DNA of 64,000 nucleotides from Puniceicoccaceae bacterium (GTDB taxonomy: Bacteria > Verrucomicrobiota > Verrucomicrobiia > Opitutales > Oceanipulchritudinaceae), in assembly GCA_040830765.1 (NCBI GenBank), contig JBFOMH010000019.1:64001-128000 (forward strand). The letters run 5' to 3'. Position 1 is the stretch's first letter. Every line of letters begins with the position of its first letter. Below the pieces are notes generated by a model that did no database searches, had not been told where the DNA came from, and worked only from the letters and a program-made list of their open reading frames with translations. Position numbers and translations under genes: made by a program. Shown piece after piece: positions 37,593-48,161 of this stretch.

Positions 37593-37622
37593 ATGCGGGC
37601 CTGGCTCAACCCGGGCCCGCAT
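37593..37622 (+). terminator. Intergenic hairpin after the TBDR (mRNA stabiliser or partial terminator)
   Basis: ATGCGGGCC-N12-GGCCCGCAT, no strong U tract. Confidence 0.5.
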
Positions 37623-37649
37623 TCCCCAACCATTTATCCTGCTTTAATT

Positions 37650-40085
37650 GTGGAATACGGATACTTTGACGACGCCTCGCGCGAATACGTGATCACCCGC
37701 CCGGACACCCCTCTGCCCTGGCTCAATTACCTCGGGCAGGACGATTTCTTCGGGCTCTGTACCAACACTGGCGGCGGCTATCACTTCTACCGCGATGCCA
37801 AGCTGCGGCGGGTCACGCGCTACCGCTACAACACTGTCCCGCTGGACGAAAGCGGCCGCTATCTCTATCTCAAGGATGGCGAAACGGTCTGGAGCCCGGC
37901 ATGGAAGCCCGCGCGCACGGAACTGGACCGCTACGAATGCCGCCATGGGACCGGTTACACCCGCTTTCTTTCGGAAAAGGACGGCCTCTCGGCCGACCTG
38001 CGCTTCTTTATTCCGCGCAATGACCCGGTGGAGATCTGGACCCTGAAGTTAAGCAATGAAACGGGTTCGGCAAAGGAACTGACCCTCACCTCCTACCTCG
38101 AATTCTGCTTCTACGAGGCCTTGAATGATGCCACCAACTACCAGCGCACATGGTCCATTGGCGAGGTCGAGGTCCACGGGGGCAGCATCTATCACAAGAC
38201 GGAGTACCGTGAGCGACGCAGTCACTACACGGTCTTTCATTCCTACGAGCCGGTGGATGGATTCGACACGGATCAGTTTTCCTTCCTTGGCAGCACCCGG
38301 GGCATCAGCAATCCGGTGACCGTCGAAAGGGGTCAGGCCGGTAACAGCATTGCGTCCGGATGGAATCCGATTGGCTCCCATTGTATCAAGGTAAAACTGG
38401 AGCCGGGTGAAGAAAGAGAGCTGACCTTTCTTCTCACCTACGTGGAGGTCCCCGAAGAGGCCAAATGGAACAAGGACGGCTCCATCAACCGTGGCCCGGC
38501 GGAGGAAGTCATTGCCCGCTATGGCGATTCCGCGGCCGTGGAGAACGCGTTTGACGGACTGCGGGAGGACTGGGAAGCCCTCCTCGGTAATTTTCAACTG
38601 GAGACCCCTTGCCCGGTCATGAACCGCATGGGCAATACCTGGAACCAGATCCAATGCATGGCCACCTTCAACCTGAGCCGCTCCGCCAGTCTCTTTGAAA
38701 CGGGCATTGGCCGTGGCATGGGCTACCGCGACAGCAATCAGGACCTGCTTGGCTTTGTCCACATGGTGCCGGAAAAGGCGCGTCAGCGGATCCTCGATAT
38801 TGCCGCCACCCAGCTACAAAGCGGCCTCTGTTACCACCAGTACCAGCCCCTGACCAAGCAGGGCAATGCCGACATCGGCGGGGAATTCATGGACGACCAC
38901 CTCTGGCTCATCCTCTCCACCACCGCCTACATCAAGGAAACCGGAGACTTCTCCATCCTTTCAGAAAACATTGGCTACGCCGATAAACAGGAAAAGGAAG
39001 GCACCCTCGCTGACCACCTCTGGACCAGCTTCCGCTATACTTTAGACAACCTGGGTCCAACAGGTTTCCCCCTTATCGGCCATGCCGACTGGAATGACTG
39101 CCTCAACCTGAATTGCTTTTCCACCGAGCCGAACGAGTCCTTCCAGACCGCGCCCCACCGGACGGATGGCAAGGTAGCCGAGTCGCTCATGATTGCGGGC
39201 CTCTTCCTTGCCGCCTGCCGTGAACTGGAAGGTCTGTATCGAAATACCGGTGACAACGAACAGGCCGAATCCGTCGCCATGGCCAGCCGGGACATGCTCA
39301 AGATGGTCGAGGAGAAGGGCTGGGACGGCGAGTGGTACCTGCGGGCCTTTGATGCCCATGGCAATTCGGTCGGCTCCGCGCAGAACACATTCGGAAAAAT
39401 CTACATCGAGAGCCAAGGCTGGCTCCTTCTCGGTGGGGCCGGTCAGGAAAATGGCCGGGCCAGGCAGGCACTGGAAAGCGTCCATGAGCACCTCTTCACC
39501 GACTATGGCTGCGTCATCCTCGACCCACCCTACCGGCGGTACCAGGTCGAGTTGGGCGAAGTCTCCAGCTATCCGCCGGGCTACAAAGAGAACGGGGGAA
39601 TATTCTGCCACAATAACCCGTGGATTCACCTTGCACTGCTCAACGCAGGCATGGGCGACCGCGCCTACGCCTACTACAAGAGCATTTGTCCGGCCGCCCA
39701 AGCGGATCTTTCCCTCTACAAGTCGGAGCCCTATGTCTATTCCCAGATGATAGCCGGTAAAGCCGCCCTCAACCACGGGGAGGCCAAGAATGCCTGGCTC
39801 ACCGGGACCGCGGCATGGACCCTCCTCACCGTCATGCAGGGCTTTGCCGGGCTGAAACCGGATTTCGACGGGCTGGAACTGGATCCGTGTATCCCTTCCG
39901 ATTGGCCGGAAATCAAACTTACCCGCAAGATCCGCGGAACGACCTATAAGATCCATGTTCGCAACCCGGATGGGGTCTGCAAGGGCATCAAGCGCCTGGA
40001 AGTCGACGGGCAGTCCATTGAAGGTAATCGTATTCCCTATCTTTCGAACAATGACGTGGTGGAAGTTGTCGCACAATTAGGATAA
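37650..40085 (+). CDS. GH94 glycoside phosphorylase (cellobiose phosphorylase-like)
   Basis: GTG start VEYGYFDD..REYVIT.PDTPLPWLNYLG, GRGMGYRDSNQD, ADWNDCLNL, YPPGYKENGGIFCH, WLTGTAAW. Confidence 0.92.
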   Translation: MEYGYFDDASREYVITRPDTPLPWLNYLGQDDFFGLCTNTGGGYHFYRDAKLRRVTRYRYNTVPLDESGRYLYLKDGETVWSPAWKPARTELDRYECRHGTGYTRFLSEKDGLSADLRFFIPRNDPVEIWTLKLSNETGSAKELTLTSYLEFCFYEALNDATNYQRTWSIGEVEVHGGSIYHKTEYRERRSHYTVFHSYEPVDGFDTDQFSFLGSTRGISNPVTVERGQAGNSIASGWNPIGSHCIKVKLEPGEERELTFLLTYVEVPEEAKWNKDGSINRGPAEEVIARYGDSAAVENAFDGLREDWEALLGNFQLETPCPVMNRMGNTWNQIQCMATFNLSRSASLFETGIGRGMGYRDSNQDLLGFVHMVPEKARQRILDIAATQLQSGLCYHQYQPLTKQGNADIGGEFMDDHLWLILSTTAYIKETGDFSILSENIGYADKQEKEGTLADHLWTSFRYTLDNLGPTGFPLIGHADWNDCLNLNCFSTEPNESFQTAPHRTDGKVAESLMIAGLFLAACRELEGLYRNTGDNEQAESVAMASRDMLKMVEEKGWDGEWYLRAFDAHGNSVGSAQNTFGKIYIESQGWLLLGGAGQENGRARQALESVHEHLFTDYGCVILDPPYRRYQVELGEVSSYPPGYKENGGIFCHNNPWIHLALLNAGMGDRAYAYYKSICPAAQADLSLYKSEPYVYSQMIAGKAALNHGEAKNAWLTGTAAWTLLTVMQGFAGLKPDFDGLELDPCIPSDWPEIKLTRKIRGTTYKIHVRNPDGVCKGIKRLEVDGQSIEGNRIPYLSNNDVVEVVAQLG

Positions 40086-40088
40086 GCC

Positions 40089-41672
40089 ATGAAGAAATTG
40101 ATGAACCAGACCTGCAGACTGGCACATTGCCTGAAGGGGGCCTTCCTCCTATTCGGATTGTTCGTGGCCCTTCTTGGCTCGATCCACGCCGGGGAACGTC
40201 CGAATATCCTGATGATCGTTGTCGATGACCTGAAGCCAAACATCGGCAGCTTTGGGGACGCACAAGCCATTACCCCGGCGTTGGACAAGCTTTCCGCCCG
40301 CGGTACCGTATTCCTCAACAGCCACTGCCAGCAGGCGGTCTGCGGGGCTTCACGTGCCAGTGCCCTCACCGGCCTGCGTCCGGACACCGTGCAGGTCTGG
40401 GACTTTCAGTCACGCATGCGCGATGCCTTGCCGGATCTGGTGACCCTGCCACAGTATTTCAAGAATTCCGGTTACCACACCGCCTCCATCGGAAAGATCT
40501 TCGATTTCCGCTGTTGTGACGGCCGCGAAACCAATGATGTCGCCTCATGGAGTCAGCCGCACACGACCATGCATGCCCCGCATCTGGCAAAAAGTTATTA
40601 CGGGGATCCGGAAACCATCCGCAGACTCGAGGAAGGCGAATCGAAAGCCCGCGCAGCGGGCAAAACCACCCAAGGCGAGATCCGCCAGTTCACCCAGTTC
40701 TTTCCGACAACCGAATGCCTTCCGGAGAATGTGCCGGACAACTTCTACGAGGACGGCATGCGGACCGATCATGCTGTTGACCTGATGAAGGATCTGGCCG
40801 CTTCCGATAATCCCTTTTTCCTGGCAGTCGGTTACAAGAAGCCTCACCTGCCCTTTGTCGCTCCAAAAAAGTACTGGGACATTTATGATCCGCAGGATCT
40901 CTCCCTGGCTGCGTATCAACAGATGCCGGAAGGGGCACCTGAGTACCACTTCCAGGACTCCTGGGAACTGCGCGGGGGCTACGCGCCCATACCGGAAGGC
41001 CGCCTGCCGGATGCCATGCAGAGGCACATGATCCACGGCTACTACGCCTGTGTCTCCTACATCGACAAACAGGTGGAGAAACTGATGGAGGCACTCGAGG
41101 AAAACGGGATTTCGGAAAACACCATTGTCATCCTCTGGGGCGACCACGGTTGGCACCTTGGCGACCATGGCATGTGGTGCAAGCATACCAACTACGAGCA
41201 GGCCACCCGCTCTCCCCTTCTCATTGTCGATCCGCGGATGGCTTACCAGACCCGGACAACCATGAAACCGGTGGAGTTCCTCGACATGGCCCCCACTCTC
41301 GCAGAGCTAGCGGGCTTGCCGGTTCCCGAGGCCTTTGAAGGTCGCAGCCTCGTTCCCCTGCTGGAGTGCCCCGACTCGAACATCAAGCCATTCGCCGTCA
41401 GCCAGTTTGCCCGTTCACAGGGCGCTCCCAACAATCTCATGGGCTACGCCTTCCGCGATGAGCAACATCGCCTTATCCTCTGGCTGAAAATGGATTACAA
41501 GGGCGGCCAGCGGCAGGGTAAGTTGATCGATAAAGAACTCTATGACTATGCTGAGGATCCCCTTGAAACCCGCAACCTCGCCGTGGACCCGGAGCATTCT
41601 GATTTGCTCAGCGAGATGATGGACGCGGCCGCCGCCTTTGCTGCCGAACAGATGACCATCTCATGGAAATAA
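40089..41672 (+). CDS. Sulfatase (iduronate-2-sulfatase-like, CxAxR)
   Basis: NILMIVVDDLKP, VCGASRASALTG, GYKKPHLPF, WGDHGWHLGDHG.WCKH. Confidence 0.93.
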   Translation: MKKLMNQTCRLAHCLKGAFLLFGLFVALLGSIHAGERPNILMIVVDDLKPNIGSFGDAQAITPALDKLSARGTVFLNSHCQQAVCGASRASALTGLRPDTVQVWDFQSRMRDALPDLVTLPQYFKNSGYHTASIGKIFDFRCCDGRETNDVASWSQPHTTMHAPHLAKSYYGDPETIRRLEEGESKARAAGKTTQGEIRQFTQFFPTTECLPENVPDNFYEDGMRTDHAVDLMKDLAASDNPFFLAVGYKKPHLPFVAPKKYWDIYDPQDLSLAAYQQMPEGAPEYHFQDSWELRGGYAPIPEGRLPDAMQRHMIHGYYACVSYIDKQVEKLMEALEENGISENTIVILWGDHGWHLGDHGMWCKHTNYEQATRSPLLIVDPRMAYQTRTTMKPVEFLDMAPTLAELAGLPVPEAFEGRSLVPLLECPDSNIKPFAVSQFARSQGAPNNLMGYAFRDEQHRLILWLKMDYKGGQRQGKLIDKELYDYAEDPLETRNLAVDPEHSDLLSEMMDAAAAFAAEQMTISWK

Positions 41673-41706
41673 ACCAGGAATCCTTTCACCCCCAAAACAC
41701 ATCCCG

Positions 41707-43275
41707 ATGAAGAACAAGACAATCCCGGCCGGTCTGGCCCTGCTGTTGGCCCATGGCCTCCTCGCCGTTGGTCAGCCGAACATTATTTTCATCATTACCG
41801 ATGACATGTACCCCTGGCAGATGAACTTCATGCCGGAGGGGGAAGGACAAAACTACTCACCCAATCTCGACCGCCTGGCCAACGAGGGAACGGTCATGCG
41901 CAACCAGTACGTCTCATCGACCGTCTGCACACCTAGCCGCTACAGTTGCATGACCGGACGCTACGCCAGCCGTTCGCAGGATCCGGCCTTCACGCGTGTG
42001 ACGGAAGAACTCGGGCAGTCACACATTCAGTGGAATTCCTTTGCCGACCCGACACGGGAAAAGACCATCGCCCATCACCTGCGCGATGCCGGTTACCGGA
42101 CCGGCTTTGTCGGCAAGGACCATGTCATCCTGACCCCGGGGCGGAAGCATCTCAAGTTGTCGGATGATGCCGATGATCCGCGGGTGAAGAAGATCATGAA
42201 ACAGAACGCCACAGCCAGCAAGGCGGCCTACGCCCGGGCGGGCTTTGAGTACGCCGAGCGCATCTACCACAACAACCCGGATTTCAACGGAAGCCGGCAA
42301 TTGGCGGTGCACAACCAGGACTGGATCACCGAGGGGGCCCTTGAGTTTCTCGGCAAGGATGACGAACGGCCCTTCTTCCTCTACTTTGCAACGACCATCC
42401 CCCATGGACCCACCGAGGAAGATCGCTCATGGAACGCTGATCGCCGGGCCACCCCGGAAGGATGGCTGGAACATCCCCCAAAGGTCCAGCCCGATGCCGT
42501 TTCCATTGTCCGGCGCTCCATCAAGAACAAGGTCGAGGGCAAGGAAACGATTATCTGGATCGATGACGCCATCGGGGAATTGCTTAAAAAGCTCGAGGAA
42601 ACCGGCGAGCTCGAGAACACCATCATTTTCTTCTTCAATGATCACGGTCAATCCGCCAAGGGATCCGTGTATCAGGGCGGTGCCTACAATCCCAGTGTCG
42701 TCTGGAAGAAAGGCGGCTGGCCGGTCGGCAGCGATGCCCATGCCCTCGTATCAAATATCGACTTTGTCCCCACCATCCTCGACATGGCCGGTGCCCCCGC
42801 ACCCGACAATGTCGATGGCGTCAGCTTCCTGCCCGTCCTGGAGGATGAAACCGACTCCATTCGCGACTCCCTTTTCTTTGAAATGGGCTATACCCGCGCT
42901 GTGTTGAAGGACGGAGTCAAGTACATCGCCCTGCGCTATCCACCCAGTATCGCCAACATGACACGGGAGCAGCGCCAGGCAAAGCTGGACTGGATGAATA
43001 ATAACCTGCGCGACCGCGGTCGACCAGTACATACTGAAGATCCCATGGCCCCCTTTGGCCATTTGATGGAAGTCCCGGGTGGACATGATGCCGAGCAGGG
43101 TGCAGTCCGCTCATACCCGCATTATTACGAACCGGACCAGCTCTACGACATAGGGCTTGATCCGAACGAGCGCAACAACCTGATCAACGACCCCAAGTAC
43201 CTCGAGAAGGCAGTGGATCTGAAGCGCACCCTGCAAACCTATCTCGATACCCTGCCAGGAGACTTTCCCTTGTAA
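41707..43275 (+). CDS. Sulfatase (S1)
   Basis: NIIFIITDD, VCTPSRYSCMTGRY, GKDH, NDHG. Confidence 0.92.
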   Translation: MKNKTIPAGLALLLAHGLLAVGQPNIIFIITDDMYPWQMNFMPEGEGQNYSPNLDRLANEGTVMRNQYVSSTVCTPSRYSCMTGRYASRSQDPAFTRVTEELGQSHIQWNSFADPTREKTIAHHLRDAGYRTGFVGKDHVILTPGRKHLKLSDDADDPRVKKIMKQNATASKAAYARAGFEYAERIYHNNPDFNGSRQLAVHNQDWITEGALEFLGKDDERPFFLYFATTIPHGPTEEDRSWNADRRATPEGWLEHPPKVQPDAVSIVRRSIKNKVEGKETIIWIDDAIGELLKKLEETGELENTIIFFFNDHGQSAKGSVYQGGAYNPSVVWKKGGWPVGSDAHALVSNIDFVPTILDMAGAPAPDNVDGVSFLPVLEDETDSIRDSLFFEMGYTRAVLKDGVKYIALRYPPSIANMTREQRQAKLDWMNNNLRDRGRPVHTEDPMAPFGHLMEVPGGHDAEQGAVRSYPHYYEPDQLYDIGLDPNERNNLINDPKYLEKAVDLKRTLQTYLDTLPGDFPL

Positions 43276-43292
43276 CTCAACTCGTCAACGCC

Positions 43293-44375
43293 ATGGAAAA
43301 GCCAGTCAAGCGGATCACCGTACGTGACATTGCCAAAGTGGCCGGAGTCAGCCACTCGACGGTCAGTCGTGCCCTGCAGGGTTCCCCCCTCGTCCGCAAA
43401 GGAACCCGGGACAGACTGGTCAAACTTGCCGAGGACATGGGCTACCGGCCAGATCCGATGCTCTCCGCCCTCACAGCATACCGGTCCCGGGTCAAGTTGA
43501 GGAAGCAGCGGAGTGCGATTGCCTTTATCATCGGGCCTTACATCGCCGACAGTTGGAAGGATATCATCGAGAGTGCCCATCAACGGGCCGAGAAACTTGG
43601 ATTTGATCTCCAGAAATATATCTGGAGGGAGGACATGTCTCCGGTCCGGCAATCGGAAATTCTCCGCTCTCGCGGTATTCGCGGAATCATCGTGGGGCCA
43701 CTGACCAAGGAGAATCACCTTATCGAGCTACCCTTGCGGACGAATTACTTCAGCCTGGTTGCTATAGGTCGTTTTATCTCCACCCCCCGTATCAATACCG
43801 TCACCCCCAACCACTTTGGCTCTGTCCGCCAAGCCATCGAAAACCTGCGGGCCAAGGGATACAAACGTGTCGGCCTGGCTCTCCTCGATCGACTTAATGC
43901 CCATGTGGATGACCGGATCCGGACGGCCTATCTCGGTTGCCAATCAAACCTGCCTGAGAACGAACAGGTCCCGGTGTGCCTCGCGACCAGTGAAGAGTGC
44001 GAGACGGAACAGATTGTCAGTTGGATTGAAAAGGAAAAGCCGGATGCGGTGATATCCTACAACCACATCCATGAGCATCTCATCGATGCCGGTTTGCGCA
44101 TCCCGGAAGACATTGCCTTTGCCTCGCTCAACCTGAACCGCCGTTACGAGGGACAGTTGGCCGGTACCAATGTCAACGACCGCATGGTCGGCCAAGTCGC
44201 AGTCAACCTGATTAACGGCCAATTGCTTATCGGAGAAATCGGGGCTCCGGAAATCCGCCAGACCCTGATCGTCGACACCTTCTGGGAAGATGGAGCAACG
44301 GCTCCGGGCAAGACCGAGGATTCCTCCTTTCAGAATGTCCTACCAGCCTACTCATCAAATGAAATACCTCATTAG
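43293..44375 (+). CDS. LacI-family transcriptional regulator
   Basis: ITVRDIAKVAGVSHSTVSRAL HTH, MGYRPDP, IPEDIAFASL. Confidence 0.92.
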   Translation: MEKPVKRITVRDIAKVAGVSHSTVSRALQGSPLVRKGTRDRLVKLAEDMGYRPDPMLSALTAYRSRVKLRKQRSAIAFIIGPYIADSWKDIIESAHQRAEKLGFDLQKYIWREDMSPVRQSEILRSRGIRGIIVGPLTKENHLIELPLRTNYFSLVAIGRFISTPRINTVTPNHFGSVRQAIENLRAKGYKRVGLALLDRLNAHVDDRIRTAYLGCQSNLPENEQVPVCLATSEECETEQIVSWIEKEKPDAVISYNHIHEHLIDAGLRIPEDIAFASLNLNRRYEGQLAGTNVNDRMVGQVAVNLINGQLLIGEIGAPEIRQTLIVDTFWEDGATAPGKTEDSSFQNVLPAYSSNEIPH

Positions 44376-45216
44376 CTTCGCTATCTTCCTTTGCCTAACC
44401 GCGGGCACTCTTGAATCGGCCCAGTCCAATACCAAGGTCTTTGACAGCTACCGTCTCGATTCAAAGCACAGTGACGACATCAACTATCCCGTTGTCGGAA
44501 TTGGGGAAAGAACGCCCCTTATCCTCAAGAATGGCCAGGTCATCGAAGGCGGACGGCACTTTATCCGTCTCAAGCCAAAGACACAGGTCAATGACGAATC
44601 CATTGAAGTCCTGTCCATGGACCAAAAGAGGAACGAGAAGGCAATCATCATCAAGGCCACCTTGAAAAGCAGCGTGCCCATGGAACGGCCCTTCGCGCTC
44701 GTCATCTACGAGGTCCCCGGAAAGGGTGACATGCGGTGCAAGTTCTCCAAACTGCCAAAAATGACCGGTGAGCCCCAACAGGTCACGATGCGCTTCAATG
44801 CCAACGGTGTCCCCGAAAAGGGATGGACCCTGCGCTTTTTCAATGGTCAGGATGAAGTCTATACTGACCAGATCCCCGATCTGCGCGACGCCAAGCCCAT
44901 CGAGGCGTTTGTGCTTCATCTTGGCCGGCACATGAACAAGGTTGGCCTCGGCGACGCCGGCCCAGCGCCGTATTATGTACCCGTCAGCAAGCCAGGTCCG
45001 GAATTGCTTCCCGAAGGGGACGAACCGGTGATGATACGGGTCAAAATGACCATCAAGGAAGACGGCCGCGTTGGCGAATTCTCTTTTCCGGACGAACTGG
45101 ATGCGGAATTGGAAAAGCATATCTCCACCAGCATCCGGCAATGGCTACTCTTTCCCCGGATCAAAAACGGGCAACGGTTGGAAACAACAGTTGTATTTCC
45201 TCTGCAACTACGCTGA
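44359..45216 (+). CDS. Secreted protein with C-terminal TonB_C-like domain
   Basis: Signal peptide MKYLISFAIFLCLTAGTLESA; C-term VMIRVKMTIKEDGRV...SIRQWLLFPRIKNGQRLETTVVFPL. Confidence 0.65.
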   Translation: MKYLISFAIFLCLTAGTLESAQSNTKVFDSYRLDSKHSDDINYPVVGIGERTPLILKNGQVIEGGRHFIRLKPKTQVNDESIEVLSMDQKRNEKAIIIKATLKSSVPMERPFALVIYEVPGKGDMRCKFSKLPKMTGEPQQVTMRFNANGVPEKGWTLRFFNGQDEVYTDQIPDLRDAKPIEAFVLHLGRHMNKVGLGDAGPAPYYVPVSKPGPELLPEGDEPVMIRVKMTIKEDGRVGEFSFPDELDAELEKHISTSIRQWLLFPRIKNGQRLETTVVFPLQLR

Positions 45217-45252
45217 TTCTTCCCAATCACGATCTACAGGAATCGAAAACCT

Positions 45253-46719
45253 ATGAAAAAAGTTTACTACATGGTCCTGTGCCTGCTTGCGGCAAAAGCT
45301 CTGTGCGCTGCGGACAGGCCAAACATACTCCTCATCGGCATCGATGACCTGCGTCCCGAGCTGGGCTGCTACGGGGCCAACCACATGGTCACGCCCAACT
45401 TGGATAACCTGGCCACCGAGAGCATTCGCTTTGACCGGGCCTATACCCAGCAGGCGGTCTGCCTGCCGGCACGGATCAGCCTCTACAGTGGGCAGTATCC
45501 GCAGACCACAGGGGTGACCACCCTGCAGGACAAGTTCTGGCAACTACATGACAATCCCCTCACCCTGATGCGTTACCTTCGTGAAAACGGCTATCACGCC
45601 ATTGGAATGGGTAAGATCCTCCACGATGAGCAGTGGAAGGAATGGGACGACTGGACGGAGATGATGAACCTCTCCGAGATCTACAAGTCCCGTTATACAT
45701 CCCAGGAAAGCCTCGTCGAGCTGGAACAGCTCAAGAAGGAGGCACGGGCCAAGGGCCTCAAGGGCAAGGCCTATCGGCAGTACGTCAAGCTCGGCCCCAC
45801 TGAGCAGACCTTTGGTCCGGATGAGAATTACCATGACTATGCCCTGACCAACCTCGCTATCAGGAAACTGCGGCAACACAAGAACGGCGACAAACCGTTC
45901 TTTCTCAATATCGGCTATCGCAAGCCGCACCTGCCGTTTGTCGCGCCGAAGCGCTATTGGGACCTCTACGACCGTGATCAACTGCACCTGGCCGCCAATC
46001 AGCAGGCCCCGGAAGGCGCGCCGGACATTGCCTTGATGACATGGGGGGAGCTGCGGGCTTACAAGGGTGTTCCAGCAAAGGGTCCGGTGACGGATGAAAT
46101 GGCCCTGGAGTTAATCCATGGCTACTATGCCTGTGTCAGTTTTGTCGATGACCAGATTGGCCGGCTGCTCCAGGCCCTCGATGCCGAAGGCCTGCGCGAA
46201 AACACCCTTGTCATCGTGTGGAGCGACCATGGCTGGAAGCTTGGCGAGCATGGCATGTGGTGCAAGCATACCAACTACGAAATCGATACCCGTATTCCTC
46301 TTTTTATTCGCCTGCCCGATGGCCGCCAAGCCGGATCAACCGCCGGAGAACTGACCGAGCTCATCGACCTCTACCCGACCCTTTGTGATTACCTCGGACT
46401 CCCCATCCCGGAGCACTGTGAAGGAAAGAGCATCACTTACCTATTTGAGGATGCCGGGCAAGTTAAGGCGGAGGCCGCCTACAGCGAATTCCAGCGCCAT
46501 GCCGGCATTACCGGATTCACCATGAAGTCAGGAAATCTTCGCTACACGGAATGGATCCACTTGCAGAGTGGCGAAGTTAAGGATCGCGAGCTTTACGACC
46601 ATACGGTCGATCCGGATGAAAACCGCAATCGGATCAATGACCCGGCCTTTGCGGAAAAGCTTCCCCTACTCGCCCAGCGCCTCCACAAGGGTCCCGCCGG
46701 GCGCTACATCAAGAACTAG
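45253..46719 (+). CDS. Sulfatase (iduronate-2-sulfatase-like)
   Basis: NILLIGIDDLRP, VCLPARISLYSG, GYRKPHLPF, WSDHGWKLGEHG. Confidence 0.93.
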   Translation: MKKVYYMVLCLLAAKALCAADRPNILLIGIDDLRPELGCYGANHMVTPNLDNLATESIRFDRAYTQQAVCLPARISLYSGQYPQTTGVTTLQDKFWQLHDNPLTLMRYLRENGYHAIGMGKILHDEQWKEWDDWTEMMNLSEIYKSRYTSQESLVELEQLKKEARAKGLKGKAYRQYVKLGPTEQTFGPDENYHDYALTNLAIRKLRQHKNGDKPFFLNIGYRKPHLPFVAPKRYWDLYDRDQLHLAANQQAPEGAPDIALMTWGELRAYKGVPAKGPVTDEMALELIHGYYACVSFVDDQIGRLLQALDAEGLRENTLVIVWSDHGWKLGEHGMWCKHTNYEIDTRIPLFIRLPDGRQAGSTAGELTELIDLYPTLCDYLGLPIPEHCEGKSITYLFEDAGQVKAEAAYSEFQRHAGITGFTMKSGNLRYTEWIHLQSGEVKDRELYDHTVDPDENRNRINDPAFAEKLPLLAQRLHKGPAGRYIKN

Positions 46720-46733
46720 GGCGCGGGAGCCGC

Positions 46734-48134
46734 TTACTTCAAGCTCCGTTGCAGGAGTTTCCAGCCAGTTGAGCTGGCGTGGAGTTCCCTGGACAATTCC
46801 TCGACCACATCGGCGTAGGCCTTCTTGCCAGCCAGGTTTTCCTTGCCGAAGGGATCCTTCTCGAAGTCGAAGAGATCCCGCCCGACGACCTTTGCGGTCT
46901 TGGTATGGATCCATTCAATATACCGGTACCGGGGACTCCTCACCGAGTAGCCGTAGGCTCCACGGCTCTTGTAAATGGCCGTGCTGACCTTGCGGGGGAA
47001 AGCCATGTCACTCTCGAGACAGGCGGCAAGGCTCACGCCCTGCAATTGACTTGGGGTGGTTAATCCCGCCAGCTCGCACAGCGTCGGAAAGACATCTGTG
47101 AACTCCACCGGGGCCTTGGTCACTATCTCGGTTCCCTTTCTCGGATCGACAATGATCAATGGAGCCCGCACGGCCTCCTCAAAGGCGGTATGCTTGCCCC
47201 AGAGGCCGTGATCGCCAAGGTGGAATCCATGGTCCCCCCAGAGGACAATGATCGTGTTATCTGCCTCCCCAAGGGCATCCAGCTCATCGAGCAGGCTTCC
47301 GATCAGGAAGTCTACCCAGGAGACGCAGGCAAGATAGCCATGAATCATGTTGCGTTGCACCTCCTCCGGGATGTCACCCTCATCCGGAACACCATCATAT
47401 CCCCGGGTTTCATTTGAATTCCAATATCCGTAACCGGAATTGCCCCTGGCTTTCTCCTGGAAGACCGCCAACTCGATTGCCGCGGGATCGTAAAGGTCCC
47501 AAAAGCGTTTGGGGGCAACGAATGGCAAGTGTGGCTTCTTGAATCCAACGGCTAGGAAGAATGGTTTCTCTGAACCTGAAACTTCCCTGAGCCGCTCAAG
47601 ACCACCCTTGAGGATGCGTCCATCGGGAAAGGCCTCATCGGGCAGGTTATGAGCTGCCGTCACCTGCCGGCTCTTGGGCATCAGGGGAACATCACTAGGC
47701 GGTGCTTCCATGTAGGGAAGCGTCCACGAAGGAGCATCCCCCTGCTGGCGACCGTCAACGCAACGGGGATCATAAATCTTACCCACCCCGGCGGTAATGT
47801 AGCCGTTGTTCTTGAAATGTTGCGGCAGGGTCAGGACATCCGGATTCACGTCCCTCATCTTTGTCTTTAGGTTGAGGACTCCTGTTGTCTCGGGCCGAAG
47901 CCCCGTGAGGATGCTGGCCCGCGAGGGTCCGCAAACAGGAAACTGGCAGGCGGCATTCAGGAAGGTGGTCCCTTCGCTGGCCAGTTTGTCTATACGCGGT
48001 GATTGCACTTCCGCGTATCCGTAATTCCCGAGCAACGGCTTGAGGTCATCAACGGCGATAAACAGTACATTGGGCCGGTTGCCGAGTACCGTGCAGGCGC
48101 AGGTAAGGAAGGTTAATAGAATCAGGCGTTTCAT
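46734..48134 (-). CDS. Sulfatase (iduronate-2-sulfatase-like)
   Basis: NVLFIAVDDLKP, VCGPSRASILTG, GFKKPHLPF, WGDHGFHLGDHG. Confidence 0.93.
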   Translation of the reverse strand: MKRLILLTFLTCACTVLGNRPNVLFIAVDDLKPLLGNYGYAEVQSPRIDKLASEGTTFLNAACQFPVCGPSRASILTGLRPETTGVLNLKTKMRDVNPDVLTLPQHFKNNGYITAGVGKIYDPRCVDGRQQGDAPSWTLPYMEAPPSDVPLMPKSRQVTAAHNLPDEAFPDGRILKGGLERLREVSGSEKPFFLAVGFKKPHLPFVAPKRFWDLYDPAAIELAVFQEKARGNSGYGYWNSNETRGYDGVPDEGDIPEEVQRNMIHGYLACVSWVDFLIGSLLDELDALGEADNTIIVLWGDHGFHLGDHGLWGKHTAFEEAVRAPLIIVDPRKGTEIVTKAPVEFTDVFPTLCELAGLTTPSQLQGVSLAACLESDMAFPRKVSTAIYKSRGAYGYSVRSPRYRYIEWIHTKTAKVVGRDLFDFEKDPFGKENLAGKKAYADVVEELSRELHASSTGWKLLQRSLK

Positions 48135-48161
48135 GAATAATCCCGTGTAGAGGTAAATGGA

